The notes beneath the pieces are model-generated. The model saw nothing but the letters and a program-made list of their open reading frames with translations, was not told where the DNA came from and ran no database searches. A stretch of DNA of 64,000 bases from Octopus sinensis (Eukaryota): contig NC_043004.1 of the NCBI RefSeq assembly GCF_006345805.1, positions 13,144,001-13,208,000 of the forward strand. The letters run 5' to 3'. The position numbers and the translations under genes are program-made. Shown in pieces: positions 12,905 to 26,300 of the stretch; positions within the stretch are counted from its first letter, which is position 1, and every line of letters begins with the position of its first letter.

Positions 12905-13518
12905 TTCTTTTCTACTCTAGGTACAAGGCCCTAATTTTAGAGGAGGAGGCAGTCAATTAGATCGACTCCAGGACGCAACTGGTACGTAATTTATTGACAC
13001 TCCAAGGATGAAATATAAAGTCGACCTCGGCGGAATTTGAACTCAGAACGTAGCGGCAGACGAAATAGCGCTAGGCATTTGGCCCGACGCGCTTACGTTT
13101 CCTATTTCTTTATTGCTCACACGGGGCTAAACATACAGGGGACAAACAAGGACAGACAAACGGATTAAGTCGATTACATCCAGCCCAGTGCGTAACTGGT
13201 ACATAATTTATCGACCCCGAAAAGATAAAAGGGAAAGTTGACCTCGGCGGAATTTGAACTCAGAACGTAGCGGCAGACGAAATACCGCTAGGCATTTGAC
13301 CCGGCGCGCTTACGTTTCTGCCAGCTCGCCGCCTTAGACATGGGAATATTTATTTCTTTATTGCCCACAGTGGGAGGAGGCTAAACATAGAGGTGACAAA
13401 CAAGGACAAACAAAGGGATTAAGTCGATTACATCGACCCCAGTGCGTAAGTGGTACTTATTTAATCGACCTGGAAAGGATGAAAGGCAAAATTGCTTTTG
13501 TACCAGCTCGCCGCCTTA
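12905..13518 (-). mobile_element. SINE family A cluster (three tandem units)
   Basis: Three repeats of GACCTCGGCGGAATTTGAACTCAGAAC and/or the tail; head CCAGCTCGCCGCC at ~13321-13335 and ~13503-13516. Confidence 0.85.
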
Positions 13519-14154
13519 CGAACGGGAGTATTACATAAGACATATGCACTTAAAAAAAAAGTAAGACATTGGGCCATGAGTACCCATCAAAGTATAAGAG
13601 TAAACGAAACCGATGAAATAAGAAACAAAAATTAAGAAGCAAATTAGTAAAACACTGTAAGTGAATCCAGTTAATATTCAACTTTTCTAGCCTAATGCTG
13701 TGGATTTGACAGGATGTAAAATTACGTTCGATGCTCCAGTTATAAAGTGTAGCAACATGATAAAAATGGTTGTTGTCATTTCGAAGACCTAAGGCACAAA
13801 CGCTAGAAAATTATCGTAGAATTTTGAAGCCCCCACGTCAAAGCTGGTCTAGAAAGAAATATACATAGCTCGCATGTGAAAAGTGCAGAGTGGAATGTAA
13901 ATGGAATCTGCTGTGTAATAACAGCAGTAGAACCAGAAAATTATTAGAAGTAAGCAAAGAGAATCTGTTCAGTGAAATAAAGTAAGAAGGGTTTTTTTTT
14001 TTTACTCTGTATGTAACGAAACTATATAATGCTAACAGAAAACCTGCAACACAAGAAACGGATTTACAGAAGAAATCTATTCGAAGAGCTTCCAATTCTA
14101 ATTACAAAATCAAGATGGATATCCAAACTGAATTGAAAAAAACAATGAAATGAA

Positions 14155-14460
14155 GATCACTGCAAGGCCAATATCCCAGAAGGCTTGACAAAAAGAATAT
14201 AAGCTAGCAAACCAGAATGAAAGCCAACAATAGCTCAAATGCGCTACGCTACTGGCAGAATCTCAGGCTCAGCTAGTGTGCACAATAGACTGCTGACAAG
14301 CCATAACTATTATAAAAGAAGTCAGTTAAAGACGGTGCAAACATTATGTGCACCCTAACCAACCAGACCGCGGAGTATTTGACTGTCTATTTCTTGTAAA
14401 TTTCGAATATAGACACAGACAAACTCCAGGGATCGACAGCTATGTCCACCGAGGAATATT
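14155..14460 (+). mobile_element. Possible highly decayed Dong/R4-type LINE fragment
   Basis: SLQGQYPRR, AESQAQLVCTIDC*QAITI and YRHRQTPGIDSYVH weakly resemble R4/Dong post-RT motifs (LHGQY, ETEG..AQDQA, RHD.VA.YIH). Confidence 0.35.
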
Positions 14461-14624
14461 TCTACCCCTTCAGAATGAAAACAAGCAAGAAAAGATGAAA
14501 TATGTACGAAACACGATGCACGTCATCGAACTAGTCGTAATCTGACGGAAAGTGCTTCTCCAAATAAGCAAGAGAAACAAGACAACTGCACAGCACTGCA
14601 AGAAGTTGATAGAAAAGAAGAGAC

Positions 14625-14936
14625 TTCCCTTTGTCATAAATGACCATGGGATTGCCTATACAAAGTACCCCTCCAAGACACAGCTCTGGGTAAAGTTGTT
14701 CATGGAAGACCAGCAGTCACCCATGTATACCAGCCTCCCCTCTGCACACCACTGATGTTATCCAAGGGAAAAGCAAAGGCCGTCTCAGCTTGACACCAGT
14801 GACGTCGCAACTCATTCCTGCAGCTGAGTGAATTGGAACCTGTGTCTTGCTCAAGAGCACAACACACAGCCCAGTGTGGGAATCCAACTCACTACCTCAT
14901 GATTGTGAGACCGTCGCTCTATCCACTGAGCCATGC
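14625..14936 (-). mobile_element. tRNA-headed SINE with CORE-like segment (family D)
   Basis: Minus strand GCATGGCTCAGTGG (A box), GAGTTGGATTCCC (B-box-like), then CTTGAGCAAGACAC and CACTCAGCTG. Confidence 0.7.
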
Positions 14937-15485
14937 AGCTTGATAAACCCTGATTGATGGTTAAATCTTAATCATAATGAGTTTATGATCATACGTATCG
15001 CTCATCTGTTGCTTATGATGGGAATATGTTTTTCTAGATCTACCTAAAATCGACATCACAAAACGTCAGTTTTAGAATGTGGTTTAATGTACATTTATAG
15101 TTCAAGTCTATGAATATTTTCGACCGGTCTTTCCTGAATGTATTTATCTGTTCTGTCGAGATAGACAATACTATATCAAACTGGGTGTCAGGAAGGTCAT
15201 GAATCAACGAATGGCGTGCGGATGACTTGCAACCAAACACGCTATTGTACACCAAATTCGATAAGAAGTAGAAAAAAAAAAGAAAAAATGGCGGTATCGA
15301 TTTGAGCATGAGAATGGTGAGAATGGTAGCAATAAATTTATTACATTTAAGCTTACTTTTAGAAATCCTTATTTTATAACTAGATCTTCAAGATTTTCTT
15401 TATTTTGAAATGATATTGTATGGCGATCGTAAATTGAAATAAAATTGTATGGTGATCGTATATTGAAATAATATTGTATGGCAAT

Positions 15486-15528
<43 letters not shown>

Positions 15529-16159
15529 AGCTACTGCTGCTGCTGCTGCTGCTGGCGACAGTGTTGTCTTTCAAATAAATACGTTTGTGTAAAAGCATCA
15601 AATGAGTTGTAAAATAATAAAAAAAAATATTTAGTTGTCTTTTTCGAAATTCAGTTTACTTTCCACCTACACCAACTTGAAAATTTTTCTGGCTCTCGTT
15701 CCGCTAAATCTAATCATACTCAAATACTCTCGTGACATTTACTTAACGGGTGGGAAATATCAAACTTTAATTTAATAAAGAAATATACAGTATACTTAAC
15801 GTTGCCTGAAGGCAATAGATATGTATATGCGCACTTGTATGTAAGTATGTATGGACATATCTATGCGTATGTTTGTACGTACACATACACAAACACACAG
15901 ACACACAGATATACATATATATATATATACGTATGCAGGTGTGTATGTGTGTGTGTGTGCGCGCGTGCGTATGAGAAAAGATACAAACACACACTCATAT
16001 CGACGTGTAGGGACGTACAATCACATCTCGTTGTCGCATACATCTAAAGACGAATCAATTACCGGATCCAGAGTCTGGTTTAAGCAAATATTTACAATGC
16101 CATTTACCTGATAACATAACAGCGGGGACCATTAAAATTTCGCGATAGAATGGCGAGAG

Positions 16160-16162
16160 AGT

Positions 16163-16198
<36 letters not shown>

Positions 16199-16650
16199 GA
16201 CAGACATACAGACAGAGACAGACAGACAGAGTGCAATGTCAATGACGACGATGACGACCGAAGATAATGATGACGATGATGATGATGGTGATGATGATAA
16301 TGAAGTGGAGGAGGAGGTAGAAGTGAGCGTCTTGTCGTTGTTATTGTTGTTGTTGTAGTGGTGGTGGTGTTGGTGGTAGTGTTGGTCTTGGTGCTGTTGT
16401 TGTTGTTGGTGGTGGTGGTTGTGGTGGTGGCTGAGGTTGTCGTGGGTGTGTTGGTGGTAGAGGTTGTGGTAGTAGAGTTGGTGGCAGTGTCGGTGGTGAT
16501 GATGGTGAAGGTATTTTGGTTGTGGTATTAGTGGTGGTGTTGGTGTGGCTGGTGGTGATGTTGGTGCTGGTGGTTGCGGTGATTGCGATGGTAGTGGTTG
16601 TGGTGGTGGCGTCTGGGTGATGTTTTGGTAATGGTCTGTGGTAGTTATGA
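16160..16650. repeat. Compound low-complexity tract (GA, GACA, GAT, GTT, GGT)
   Basis: Directly visible. Confidence 0.9.
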
Positions 16651-16987
16651 TGAGGACAAATATAAGTTACTATAAAACAGTCTCAACTCAAAAATACTTA
16701 CACGTTAAATGTGTGGACTACAATCGTGAGTTATATATCCTCAGCCAATGCATAAGAATAATCTATTTATTCTCAGCCATTGCATAATAAGGATAATCTA
16801 ATTACTCATATTTAATGATCGGATGAAAATGCTATGTAAATTTAGTTCAAATTCACATGAAGATAATTGTATCTACATTTAAAACTTACTAAATTTGCAT
16901 TGGCTTAGACTGATTGGAGGGATTGTAAGATACCCCAAGACGGTGTGGTGGAATTTCTAACATTGTATTCTTGAACTGCTCCATGTA

Positions 16988-17548
16988 TTGGGTTGTCCGG
17001 AAAGTTCATGCCGATTTTTAAAGGAAAGAAAAAGGTTGATAAATACTTGCCATTACATTTTTAATCAACCAAATATGAACCATTTTGTAACACAATGCGT
17101 CTCCATCTTTCCTTTATCTTGAAAATACCCTCTTCCCAGAATTGAGGTGATTTCATGGCAAAGAATTCATCAAGGTATCTTTTTACGTCATCCAAGGAAT
17201 TTTTTACCATTACCACTATTCTGCAGAGACCTGAGTAAGTGGAAATCCGAAGGAACAATATCTGGTGAATATGGAGGGTGGGGTATCACATCCCAGCCGT
17301 GCTGCAGCAATTTTTGTTTGGTTTCCAAAGCATCAAGTGCCGAAAATCAACTTTCTTGTCTTCCATTTTAAAGGGTTACAGAATTAACACAGGTTATAGG
17401 AACATAAACATTCTTCCACGAAAAGATAGCTTAAACTGTGCTCTAAATGGAGGGGTAGTCAAATCCTATTTTCTGAACTCAACCATGTTCTAAAGTATGT
17501 CGAAAGTTAAGCTACTATAAATCGGCACGAACTTTCCGGACAATCCAA
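16988..17548 (-). mobile_element. Mariner internal-deletion derivative, 561 bp, both TIRs and TA TSD
   Basis: TIRs TTGGGTTGTCCGGAAAGTTCATGCCGATTT / AAATCGGCACGAACTTTCCGGACAATCCAA; N-terminus MEDKKVDFRHLMLW joined to WDVIPHPPYSPDIVPSDFHLLRSLQN and EGIFKIKERWRRIVLQNGSY. Confidence 0.93.
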
Positions 17549-18044
17549 TAGAAAGCTGTAGAAAAAATAAAGGTGTTGGGTCAGATGTGTGGTGGAAAGT
17601 ATTGTTGTCATATTATAAGATGGATGTAAGAAGGGAGATGATCCGCCATAGTTTGATTGTGAGAAAGGAAAAAGAGGATTGTTGGAGTTGCTGTGTATCA
17701 ACTGACGATGGGTGTGAGAAGATGAATCTAATTGAATTACAGAGAGATGGATGGCGATAAATATTGTTTCTTTATTTATAGACAAAATGTTTGCAATATC
17801 GGAGGTACGAAGCACTTAGGATAATTAGAAGATAGAGTTACTGATGACCAGGTGAGAAGGGAAAACGACAATATGAAAATCACATATACGCAGGCATAGT
17901 TTAAGGTAAGATTCGGAATAGGATATACACCGGGCTGCAAAGGTGGTGTATGCGAAGAAGGAGAATGGAAACTATTCTTTTGTCCTTGGTTTGTTTCAGT
18001 GATTGGATTGTGGTATTGCTGGGGCAACTTCTGGAAGTGTTATA

Positions 18045-18360
18045 GTCGAACAAATCGCACCCAGTTCTGATGATTTCTTTACAGCCTGATTTACTTTTAT
18101 TCTATCGGTCTGTTTCACCGAACTGCTACGATATGATGATATAAACGAACCAACACTGATAGATGCGAAGAGGTGGGGCGTTACAAACACAGGCACACGA
18201 CACATGATTACATACATAACGGGGTTCAACACATTTTTCGTCTATATGATTTACTCACAATGCACTAGTTGGCCTGAGGTTATCGTGGAAGGCATTTCCC
18301 TACGGTGCAAGAAATAGGACTGAGCCAGAAACCACGAGGTTGAAAAAAATCTTTTTAATC
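18045..18360 (-). mobile_element. Old, diverged SINE family B copy
   Basis: TATTCTATCGGTC, CCGAACTGCTA, TTACTCACAA and GGCCTGAGG motifs in family B order. Confidence 0.6.
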
Positions 18361-19349
18361 TTACAGTCAACAATTCATGCATGAAGTCTAGCATGTGTCC
18401 CACTACAACGGTTTTTAGAGTCCCATTACAACGGATTTAGAGATGAGAATGTTTAGTTTTCGAGCAGTTTCGATTTAGTGTTTGGTATCTTGGGGAAAGT
18501 GTAGTGTGTTTCAGTTCGCCTTGATATAACAGTAAACGCACTACCACCAGCCCAAACACGTTTCATCGACCAGTCTATATTTACTATCAGTGGCCTCCAT
18601 TTATGCAATACAGCAACGCACATTCAAATGTACTACTAGATGTGCATCTTTCCAAACATGGGTGAGATTGAATCATGGATTTTAACCTAAACGAGAGCAG
18701 CTGCTGGTATTCAGAGGAGTTCTCATTGATGAAGATATAAAGATTAACCAAACAATCGATTCATTAGACAAATATTAGCGAACTGACAAAAGAAGTGAAA
18801 TAGAATCGGTGCGTGTGTTTATTAGTGGTGTAATAACCCTCCCGGTACACTAAACAAAAATTGCCTCGTTTAAATTAGTGGAATTTATAAAACCGTATGC
18901 TTATTGCTTGGTTTAATTCTAATTGTTATTACCGATCTATTTTCTCAGGAACAAGCAGTTTATAGGGCCTCGTCTTCATATAAATCACTTGGGACATCTC
19001 TTCTTCATCATGTTATTAAAACATTTGTGCCTGCGTCTTTTCCGTGTTTTTCGACTTCTAACTTACATTGTTCTGACGTTACGATTTCATCGGAGTAGAG
19101 ATTTATCGCGATTCATACCACACGTTTCTTCATTCCAATAGCGACCATTTTCCCGAAGTGTTTTAAGAAAGTCATAATCATAACATGTCATAATCATAAC
19201 ATACTATCATTTACTAATTCCTGTGGTATTTTTATTAGCCCCCCCCCCTCCATTTTAAAAATTGTTTATCTCTATTGTTCAGTTGTGTCGAGTTCAGGGC
19301 TGAACCCACACAGTTCTTCATCTAGCTAGATCTCGACAAATTACTTGGA

Positions 19350-19510
19350 TCTTTTCATGGCGCCTTGCGCAGAATTCTTCATCAGATACAGGATTACAAT
19401 GTCGCAGTAAAGAAGCGCAAGATGGGTTCTCCAAGCCGAACCGGTAGAGAGGTGATGTAGGGGCAGCCGAAGAGCGAGATAGTTGGATAATTATAACCTC
19501 AGATGGTCAC
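19350..19510 (+). mobile_element. Decayed RTE-like LINE C-terminal fragment
   Basis: LGSFHGALRRIL and, frameshifted, RWVLQAEPVER*CRGSRRAR*LD resemble RTE FH..CLRRIL and R.RGRP..RW.D motifs. Confidence 0.4.
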
Positions 19511-20630
19511 GTTTGGAATCCAACCGAAACGTGTAACGACGGTTATTTCGGATTGGACGCTATGGAGAAAGTACGCGAGAAGCCTATTTTTACGATCCAC
19601 TCTAGTATGGTGGAAAGAGAAAATGAATGGATGTGGATGGATGAATAGAGGAATGGGTGGGTAGATAGATGAATGGATGGATAGGTGGACGAGTTTATCT
19701 CTATTGAGACGAACTAGCTGAAACTCTCTTGATACCTGTCCAACGGGAAAGTGCTCATTTCTTTTTACAAGGATTCCAAAATATCGGTAAGGAAGGACGA
19801 AACATTTTTAAACCAGAGATCTGGTCAAAACATTTGCAATGAAATGTACTCCAGAAATACCATTTAATGGAAAAGTGGTGAACGTCAGATCTACGTACAT
19901 TGAACATGTCCTGTCAATCCTACCGAATTTCATGCGTTTTCTCTATACGAAATTTCACTCACACAACTAATGTCAACACGGCTGTTGCTGCCAATACTTT
20001 AAAAGCCAACTAATGTAAAGGAAGATGTTTTTCATGTCGCCTTGACTTGTTAGAGTTTCGATGATCTTTTTATAAAATAGCTCCAGCAAATAGTTTTTTT
20101 TTTTTCTCAATGTCGTTTGTTTTTCAATATGCTTTCTTTTTATATATTTGGTATTTTTGTCACCGATATTTTTCCTGCCATCGCTGTTTTGCTTTAACCG
20201 GCATCCTTACTGCGTGTATCAACATTATTGATGTCCGTTCACTGTTTAGAATTGTCGGTATAGTTTTCGAGTAAATGAGGATGCTGGTATTGTTAATACT
20301 GGAATCCATCTTATTGCTTGTAAAATTCTTTACATCAGTGCAAAGGTTCGTATTTTTATTCGGTGCTTATCGAGAAAGAAGCTGTCTATCACTTACTATT
20401 ATAGAAATGATCTACTGTAAACTCAATCAATCACAGTTTCATCAGGATAGCGAAAAAAAACTAGATATTAAGCAACGTTTTACACACAATTATGCAGAGA
20501 GATAGACACGCCCACACACATGTCCATACACATACACATTCACGCGTGCATACACGTGCGAATATATACATGTACACAGCTACCTAACACCACGCTCACA
20601 CACATTTCTATGTGCTCACGTTTATGTGTG

Positions 20631-20687
<57 letters not shown>

Positions 20688-20789
20688 ATTTTCTAATCCG
20701 GTATTAGTAATTTGTGGTAAATCATTTTACCTTTGCCCATATAATACAGTAACTGAATTGATTGCATCGCAATCCTTAACATAGATATA

Positions 20790-21160
20790 CCTTGCATTAT
20801 GCCTGCCCCATCGTTATCGAGTATGGCCATTGCACGAAGCTTAACTGTTACTGGTGCTGTGATCGAATATGACTTTTTAGCTCAGCTAAAGATCTACAAT
20901 GTCTTGTACAAAATTGACAACTAAATCCTTCACTGGTAAAAGCCGGCTGTAGTTGTAACTGGGCTTCATGTACCTTTGCATGTCGTTTAAGTCCTCCTGC
21001 CGAATTACACTCTCTTCCACATGCCCGACAGATATGATTAGTATGGTGTGTTACACCACCACCAGTGGCCAGGTTGTCACTCATCTGTCTCGCTTTATGA
21101 CTACAAAGATGACTCTTGAGTCCAGCTTTACTGAGGCAGGGTCTTGCACAGACATTGCAT
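20790..21160 (-). mobile_element. 5'-truncated RTE-type LINE 3' end
   Basis: Three C2H2 fingers of the CxxC...S..GL.SH type followed by a tail (GGCCATACTCGATAACGA.GGGGCAG) shared with 53450-53500; 5' end abuts (ATAC)n. Confidence 0.65.
20848..21159 (-). CDS. Stop-free ORF segment with three C2H2 zinc fingers (no genuine start; probably LINE ORF2 C-terminus)
   Basis: CNVCARPCLSKAGLKSHLCSH, CRACGRECNSAGGLKRHAKVH and CQFCTRHCRSLAELKSHIRSQH are in one frame; the annotated Met lies in a microsatellite. Confidence 0.45.
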   Translation of the reverse strand, partial: CNVCARPCLSKAGLKSHLCSHKARQMSDNLATGGGVTHHTNHICRACGRECNSAGGLKRHAKVHEAQLQLQPAFTSEGFSCQFCTRHCRSLAELKSHIRSQHQ

Positions 21161-21769
21161 ACATACATACATACATACATACATACATACATACAAATAT
21201 ATGTACACACATACGTACATACGTATATATATACAAATATAATTAAATGATTGTGATATTCAAGAATGAAAGATAATTAGATAAGGATTAGGAGTTAAAA
21301 TGTAGATTTATAAGGTTATTGTTATTACTTAAGCGGTATTGTGGAAATATACTGTATGGTCGTTTAGGCATTTGGATTTGTGGTAGAATTTAATGTGTGA
21401 AAAAAAACGCTGGTTGCATGTGCTTAGTGCCTCATGTTTATTTAGCCTTGTTGGAGAGTTGTGCTCTAATATGTGAAGCGCCTCCTTCAGGCAAAGCTTG
21501 CAGGTTGAGCGTTGACCTCGGTAGGGAAGCCCTGAATCCAGTATGGGCTATGATGAAGTATAGCATATATTGATTATGTATGCATGTATGTATGAATGTA
21601 TGTGTGGTAGTGTGTGGTATATTGGTATATTGTTAATCCCATGTTACACATGGTACATGACAGTATAAAATATGCAATGGTATGCATTTAGAAAAAAAAA
21701 TATATATATACATTTGTGTGTGAGTCAGTGTGTCTTTCTGTGTCTGTGTTACAGTAGGAGTAAAAATGC

Positions 21770-21810
<41 letters not shown>

Positions 21811-21815
<5 letters not shown>

Positions 21816-21995
21816 GGAAAGCTTGCGAAAATAAACAAAAGACGAAGGCAGGTGGAATACAAACAAACAAATGTATTAGTATAGCGCTCAGGAATAGAAA
21901 AAGTCTTTTACGTTTCGATCCTACACTCTTCGACAAAAAGATACACAGAAAAAAAAACAAGGAGAGAAAAAAATGCGTGTAGGAGCTAACGATCT
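21811..21995 (-). mobile_element. Short Penelope-like (pLTR-type) unit, family P1, with hammerhead-like motif
   Basis: Homologous to 39321-39516, 49994-50187 and 61397-61575; abuts (TA)n; motif at 21905-21940. Confidence 0.7.
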
Positions 21996-22591
21996 ATCGT
22001 GGCGTCCTGATTTCGGACAGTGGTCACACGCGAGAGGGACAGTAGGGGAGATAACTGGGTCAAGTGACTTCCAATACGAAGGTGCCCCCAACACAAAGGT
22101 GCGTATGTGTATAAGAGAGTATGTATGTGCGTGTGAAAGAGGGCTGGTGGTCTGGACGCGTGTGCGTAAGTATGTGTGGGTGTGGAGATGTGGGGATATA
22201 TATGTATATATATTTATATGTGGTGGTGGTTGTGATGATGATGACTATGATGATGCTGCTGATAATGATGGCGCACGGCCGTTCATTTCGAAAATTAAGT
22301 TGTCCATTAGTTGATTATAGTAACAACTGTGTAATGTAATCGGGTCAGTACATGACTGGTATATTTTATTCATCAGCCAGAAAAAAATGTCGGCAAGGAA
22401 ATGTAATCCGATGCGATTGTTACACACAAAGTAAATGGTTGTTGCAAGATTTTTTATGCTTTACGTACAGTGAGAGCAATACTGCACCGAGATCAATGTT
22501 TCCAGTATATATTTGAAATAATTATGGAGTATTTACGAAAACTGTTTCTAATCTCCACTGAAATCTTTATATAAGGAATAAGTTCCAGATA

Positions 22592-22810
22592 TATGGGGTT
22601 GTTGAAATGTCCCTCTCTTTGGCTAAAAGAAAATACAGGAGAATCAGTTAATTATGGTTTTAGTCAACATATTCCCCTCTCAGATACACACACTTATTGC
22701 AACGGTCGTTCAATTTTTATAAGCCCCGTAAAAGAGCCTGGAATTTTGGGCCACCACCCAAGCCTTTCGCGATACCCTTAAAGCCAGAAATTTTCCAGCA
22801 CCACTTCATA
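22592..22810 (-). mobile_element. Mariner-derived MITE (~220 bp)
   Basis: Degenerate TIRs at both ends; minus strand retains the transposase C-terminus KLNDRCNKCVYLRGEYVD*. Confidence 0.75.
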
Positions 22811-23572
22811 TATTCCGTGAAATAATGTTTTGTAAATTTTCAAGTTTTCTAATTATTTAACTCTTCTTTCCTTATTCATTTATCTTTATTCCGCAATGAC
22901 GTATACATTACTAAATGAAAATTAAATGTCTTTTAAGTATATATGACTCATTTATTCGAAATAATTTTTGTTTTTAAATTCCACTTTAGCAAGATTATTA
23001 ACTTTCTATATCGAGTAGGAGCCAAACAAAATTTGCTTTCTAATTTGCTACTTAATGATAACCCTTTGAATCAATCAGTTCCTGTTTTCGAAAATTATCA
23101 TGTAGTTGAAATGAATTATGCCAGACTAACTTCAATTCAATATAGGTTTCAAATAGGAGAAAATCAGTTGTTTTGTACACAGTGAAAAACTGGTTTAACC
23201 TAAGTCAACTGTTCTTAAACTTGGATGGCAGCACATCTTGGCAGCATTCAATGTTCATAAACGAGTGCAAATGTCTAGATATCAGTATGGCAGCTTGAGG
23301 GCTGTACAGAGGTATGGAATTTTCTTAGAAATATAATATCAAATCCAGGTAAATCTATATTTTAAGCACGATTTGTAAGAAAAATTTCTTCGGTGTTAGA
23401 ATAGGAATCGAACATTATCAATGATCAGAATACATGACTGATGAAGCGTTAGAGTACGATATATAAATTCATTATATTAGTCATCACATTTCTAAGCATC
23501 TACTATAAATTCAACACGGTGGCATAAATTTACACAGATAAAAGGGAGGCGTATACTGGATTTGTTAGTGTA

Positions 23573-23665
23573 AGGTCGATAAATTAAGTACCAGTTGAGT
23601 AGTGGGGTGGATATAATCGACTTACCCCCACTCCCAAAATTTCTGGCTTTGTGCCAGAAATTTTG
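23573..23665 (+). mobile_element. SINE family A 3' fragment
   Basis: GGTCGATAAATTAAGTACCAGTTGAG...ATAATCGACTTACCCC...GGCTTTGTGCC. Confidence 0.7.
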
Positions 23666-24134
23666 GATATATGTTTAAAACGAAACGTCAAGAAGGACGT
23701 TTGAAAAGCAGTATTCAGTGAAAGAGGAAGCTGACTTCAAACTACGGGCAAACAATGATCTTATGAAATACAATGGAATACAGCAGTTGTAGTTTTACAC
23801 ACAGCAGTTATCGTTTAAGAACAGTTTTGCTGATGATTGAGCACCTTGAAAATGTGTTATTATTTTACTTCACAGAAAATATGATTTATACATGTGAAAC
23901 ACGATAAACAATATTTTTCTATATTTTTGAGTTTTTCATTTTATTTTGGTGTGAAGCAAATTATTTTTTTTATCTGCTGTCCATTCTCATGTCAAAAAGA
24001 TTGAAAACCACGGCTCTAAACAAAATCACATGCATTTAAAATCAACGGTTTAAAGTTGACAATAGAAGCATTAGAGTTTCCTAAGTTTCTGAATGGAACA
24101 ATTCTCAATTTCTTGAGATACCAAATTTTTTTTT

Positions 24135-24350
24135 TTTTCGCTGCCAGTCAGCCTTGATCGAACAGATATATCACTGAATATATTTCAACTTTGAACAGTC
24201 TTCTTTCGTTTTTTTTTTTTTTTGATATAGTGTATCTAGCACTATATACTCTAAAGTTGTTTTTCTTCTTTAAGAATATTAAGATGCGATTTGGAGATTA
24301 AACTGCTATTTCTTGTAGGCCAAACGACCGAGATGAGGTCCCCGTGCTGG
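24135..24350 (-). mobile_element. Putative short interspersed repeat (family F), decayed
   Basis: AGAAATAGCAG / AATCTCC.AAATCGCA / GATCAAGGCTGAC motifs; weakly similar segment at ~35780-35900. Confidence 0.35.
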
Positions 24351-24784
24351 ATCATTAATCACAGTTCTAAACGTATAATAATGCATTTACAACTGACAGC
24401 AATCATTTCTAAAACCCATGTTTTGTTCGCTCTTTAAAAGTAATACATGCTTCTTATTTCTAATTCATATTGAGTTCGAAGACCGATACCGATATCCACT
24501 CCAGGTACTTAAAGCCTGATGTGGTGGTGAAAACCTTATGAAAACAAGTTGAAGATCATTTGTTGGAGAAACATGCAAGCATTATTTATCGAACTGATGG
24601 ATTATCTTCAGGAGAGAAAGGGTTAGGAAAATGTCAAGTAGAGTCAGTAGTATATGTGATAGAGAGAAATGTAGGGGTTGACTTAATTAGGTTTCATTGA
24701 ATCTTGTATATAACCAGTCATTTCAGAGATGAGATCAGTGCAGCACAAGAGACAAAATGGATAGGTAGATTGATCGAGCGATCA

Positions 24785-24992
24785 ATAGACAGATAGTTGG
24801 ATGGATGGATGGATGGATGGATAGATGGATGGATAGGTAGGTAGGTAGGTAGGTAGGTAGATAGATAAATAGATAGATAGATAGATAGATAGGTAGGTAG
24901 GTAGGTAGATAGGTAGATAGGTAAATAGATCGATACGTAGATAGGTAGATATATGGATAGACGGGTGGATGGATAGATGGATAGATAGATAA

Positions 24993-25023
<31 letters not shown>

Positions 25024-25205
25024 CGTAGGTAGATAGGTAGAATAATAGATAGATAAATATATAACTAGATAGGTAGGTAGGTAGGTAGGTAGGTAGATAG
25101 ATAGATGGATGAATGAATGGATGGATGGATGGATGGATAGATAGGTAGGTAGATAGTTAGGTATGTAGATAGATAGATAGATAAATAGATAGGTAGGTAG
25201 GTAGG

Positions 25206-25262
<57 letters not shown>

Positions 25263-25290
25263 GGATAGATAGAGGGTGGGAAGGGGGAAA
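24785..25290. repeat. (GATA)n/(GGTA)n/(GGAT)n tetranucleotide array
   Basis: Directly visible. Confidence 0.95.
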
Positions 25291-25859
25291 AATGAAGGGG
25301 GGGAGAGAAAACAAAAAAGCAAACAAACGAAGTGATAATAGAGCGAGAAAGGAAGGGAGTCGGAGAGAGAGTTGATGAACGAGTGACCGAAGAGTGCGGC
25401 TGAAGTAAACATACATATAGCATGTTCAGAGGATGTTGTCCTGGATGTGAGTAGGCGTGAACTGACATCAGTATCGCGGACATGGGACCAGAAGACTCGT
25501 TCATGGAATTTTAAAACAAGGAAGTTACTGGTGATTAAATGTATTCAGAAAGGTGAATCGATTAGAAACTGAATAATCTCATAGATGTTGTTTGAAAAGG
25601 ATATGCTTTAGATTTTAAATCAGTAGGCTTTGCCATAAGGGAATAGAAAACTGTTGAAATCTCTCACAACACTTACATTCCCGAAATAATGCTGACTAGA
25701 TGAAGTAGTTACCGATGGCCCAAAATATCAGTAAAACTGTTGAGAAATGATATAAAATAGAATGCGGGTAGTGAGAGAGAATTTCGGATGATATAACAGA
25801 AAATGCTGAGTTTACTCAAGAGAACTTGGATGCTGGATATTTTGGTAGATATATGATAG

Positions 25860-26032
25860 ATTGATAGAGAGAAAGAGAGGCGATACGTAGATAGACAGCT
25901 GGACAGACAGATAGACATATAGACAGATAGATAGCTAGATAGATAGATTAATAGACAGACAGATAGATTGAGAGATAGATAGAAGGATTGAAAGACAGAC
26001 AGGTAAACAAATAAATGAATATATATATTATT

Positions 26033-26063
<31 letters not shown>

Positions 26064-26078
26064 TGCAGACAGATAGAC

Positions 26079-26109
<31 letters not shown>

Positions 26110-26300
26110 CAGACAAACAGACAGACAAACAGATAGATAGATAGAGAGAGAGAGAGAGAGGGGGGGATAGATATATTAATAGATAGATAGATTAGGTTAT
26201 AGATGGAAAGATAGAAAGACAGACAGGTAGACAGATAAATAAAGATAGATAGATAAATAGATAGAAAGAAAGAAATAGAGAGAAGGGGAGAGAGAGAACA
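25860..26300. repeat. (GATA)n/(GACA)n/(GA)n compound array
   Basis: Directly visible. Confidence 0.95.

Noticed and set aside
17560-18030. Weak Penelope-like peptide similarity on the minus strand
   Set aside because: No diagnostic motif is intact.
23990-24017. hAT/Charlie-like terminus (AAAAGATTGAAAACCACGGCTCTA)
   Set aside because: No matching second end or TSD found.
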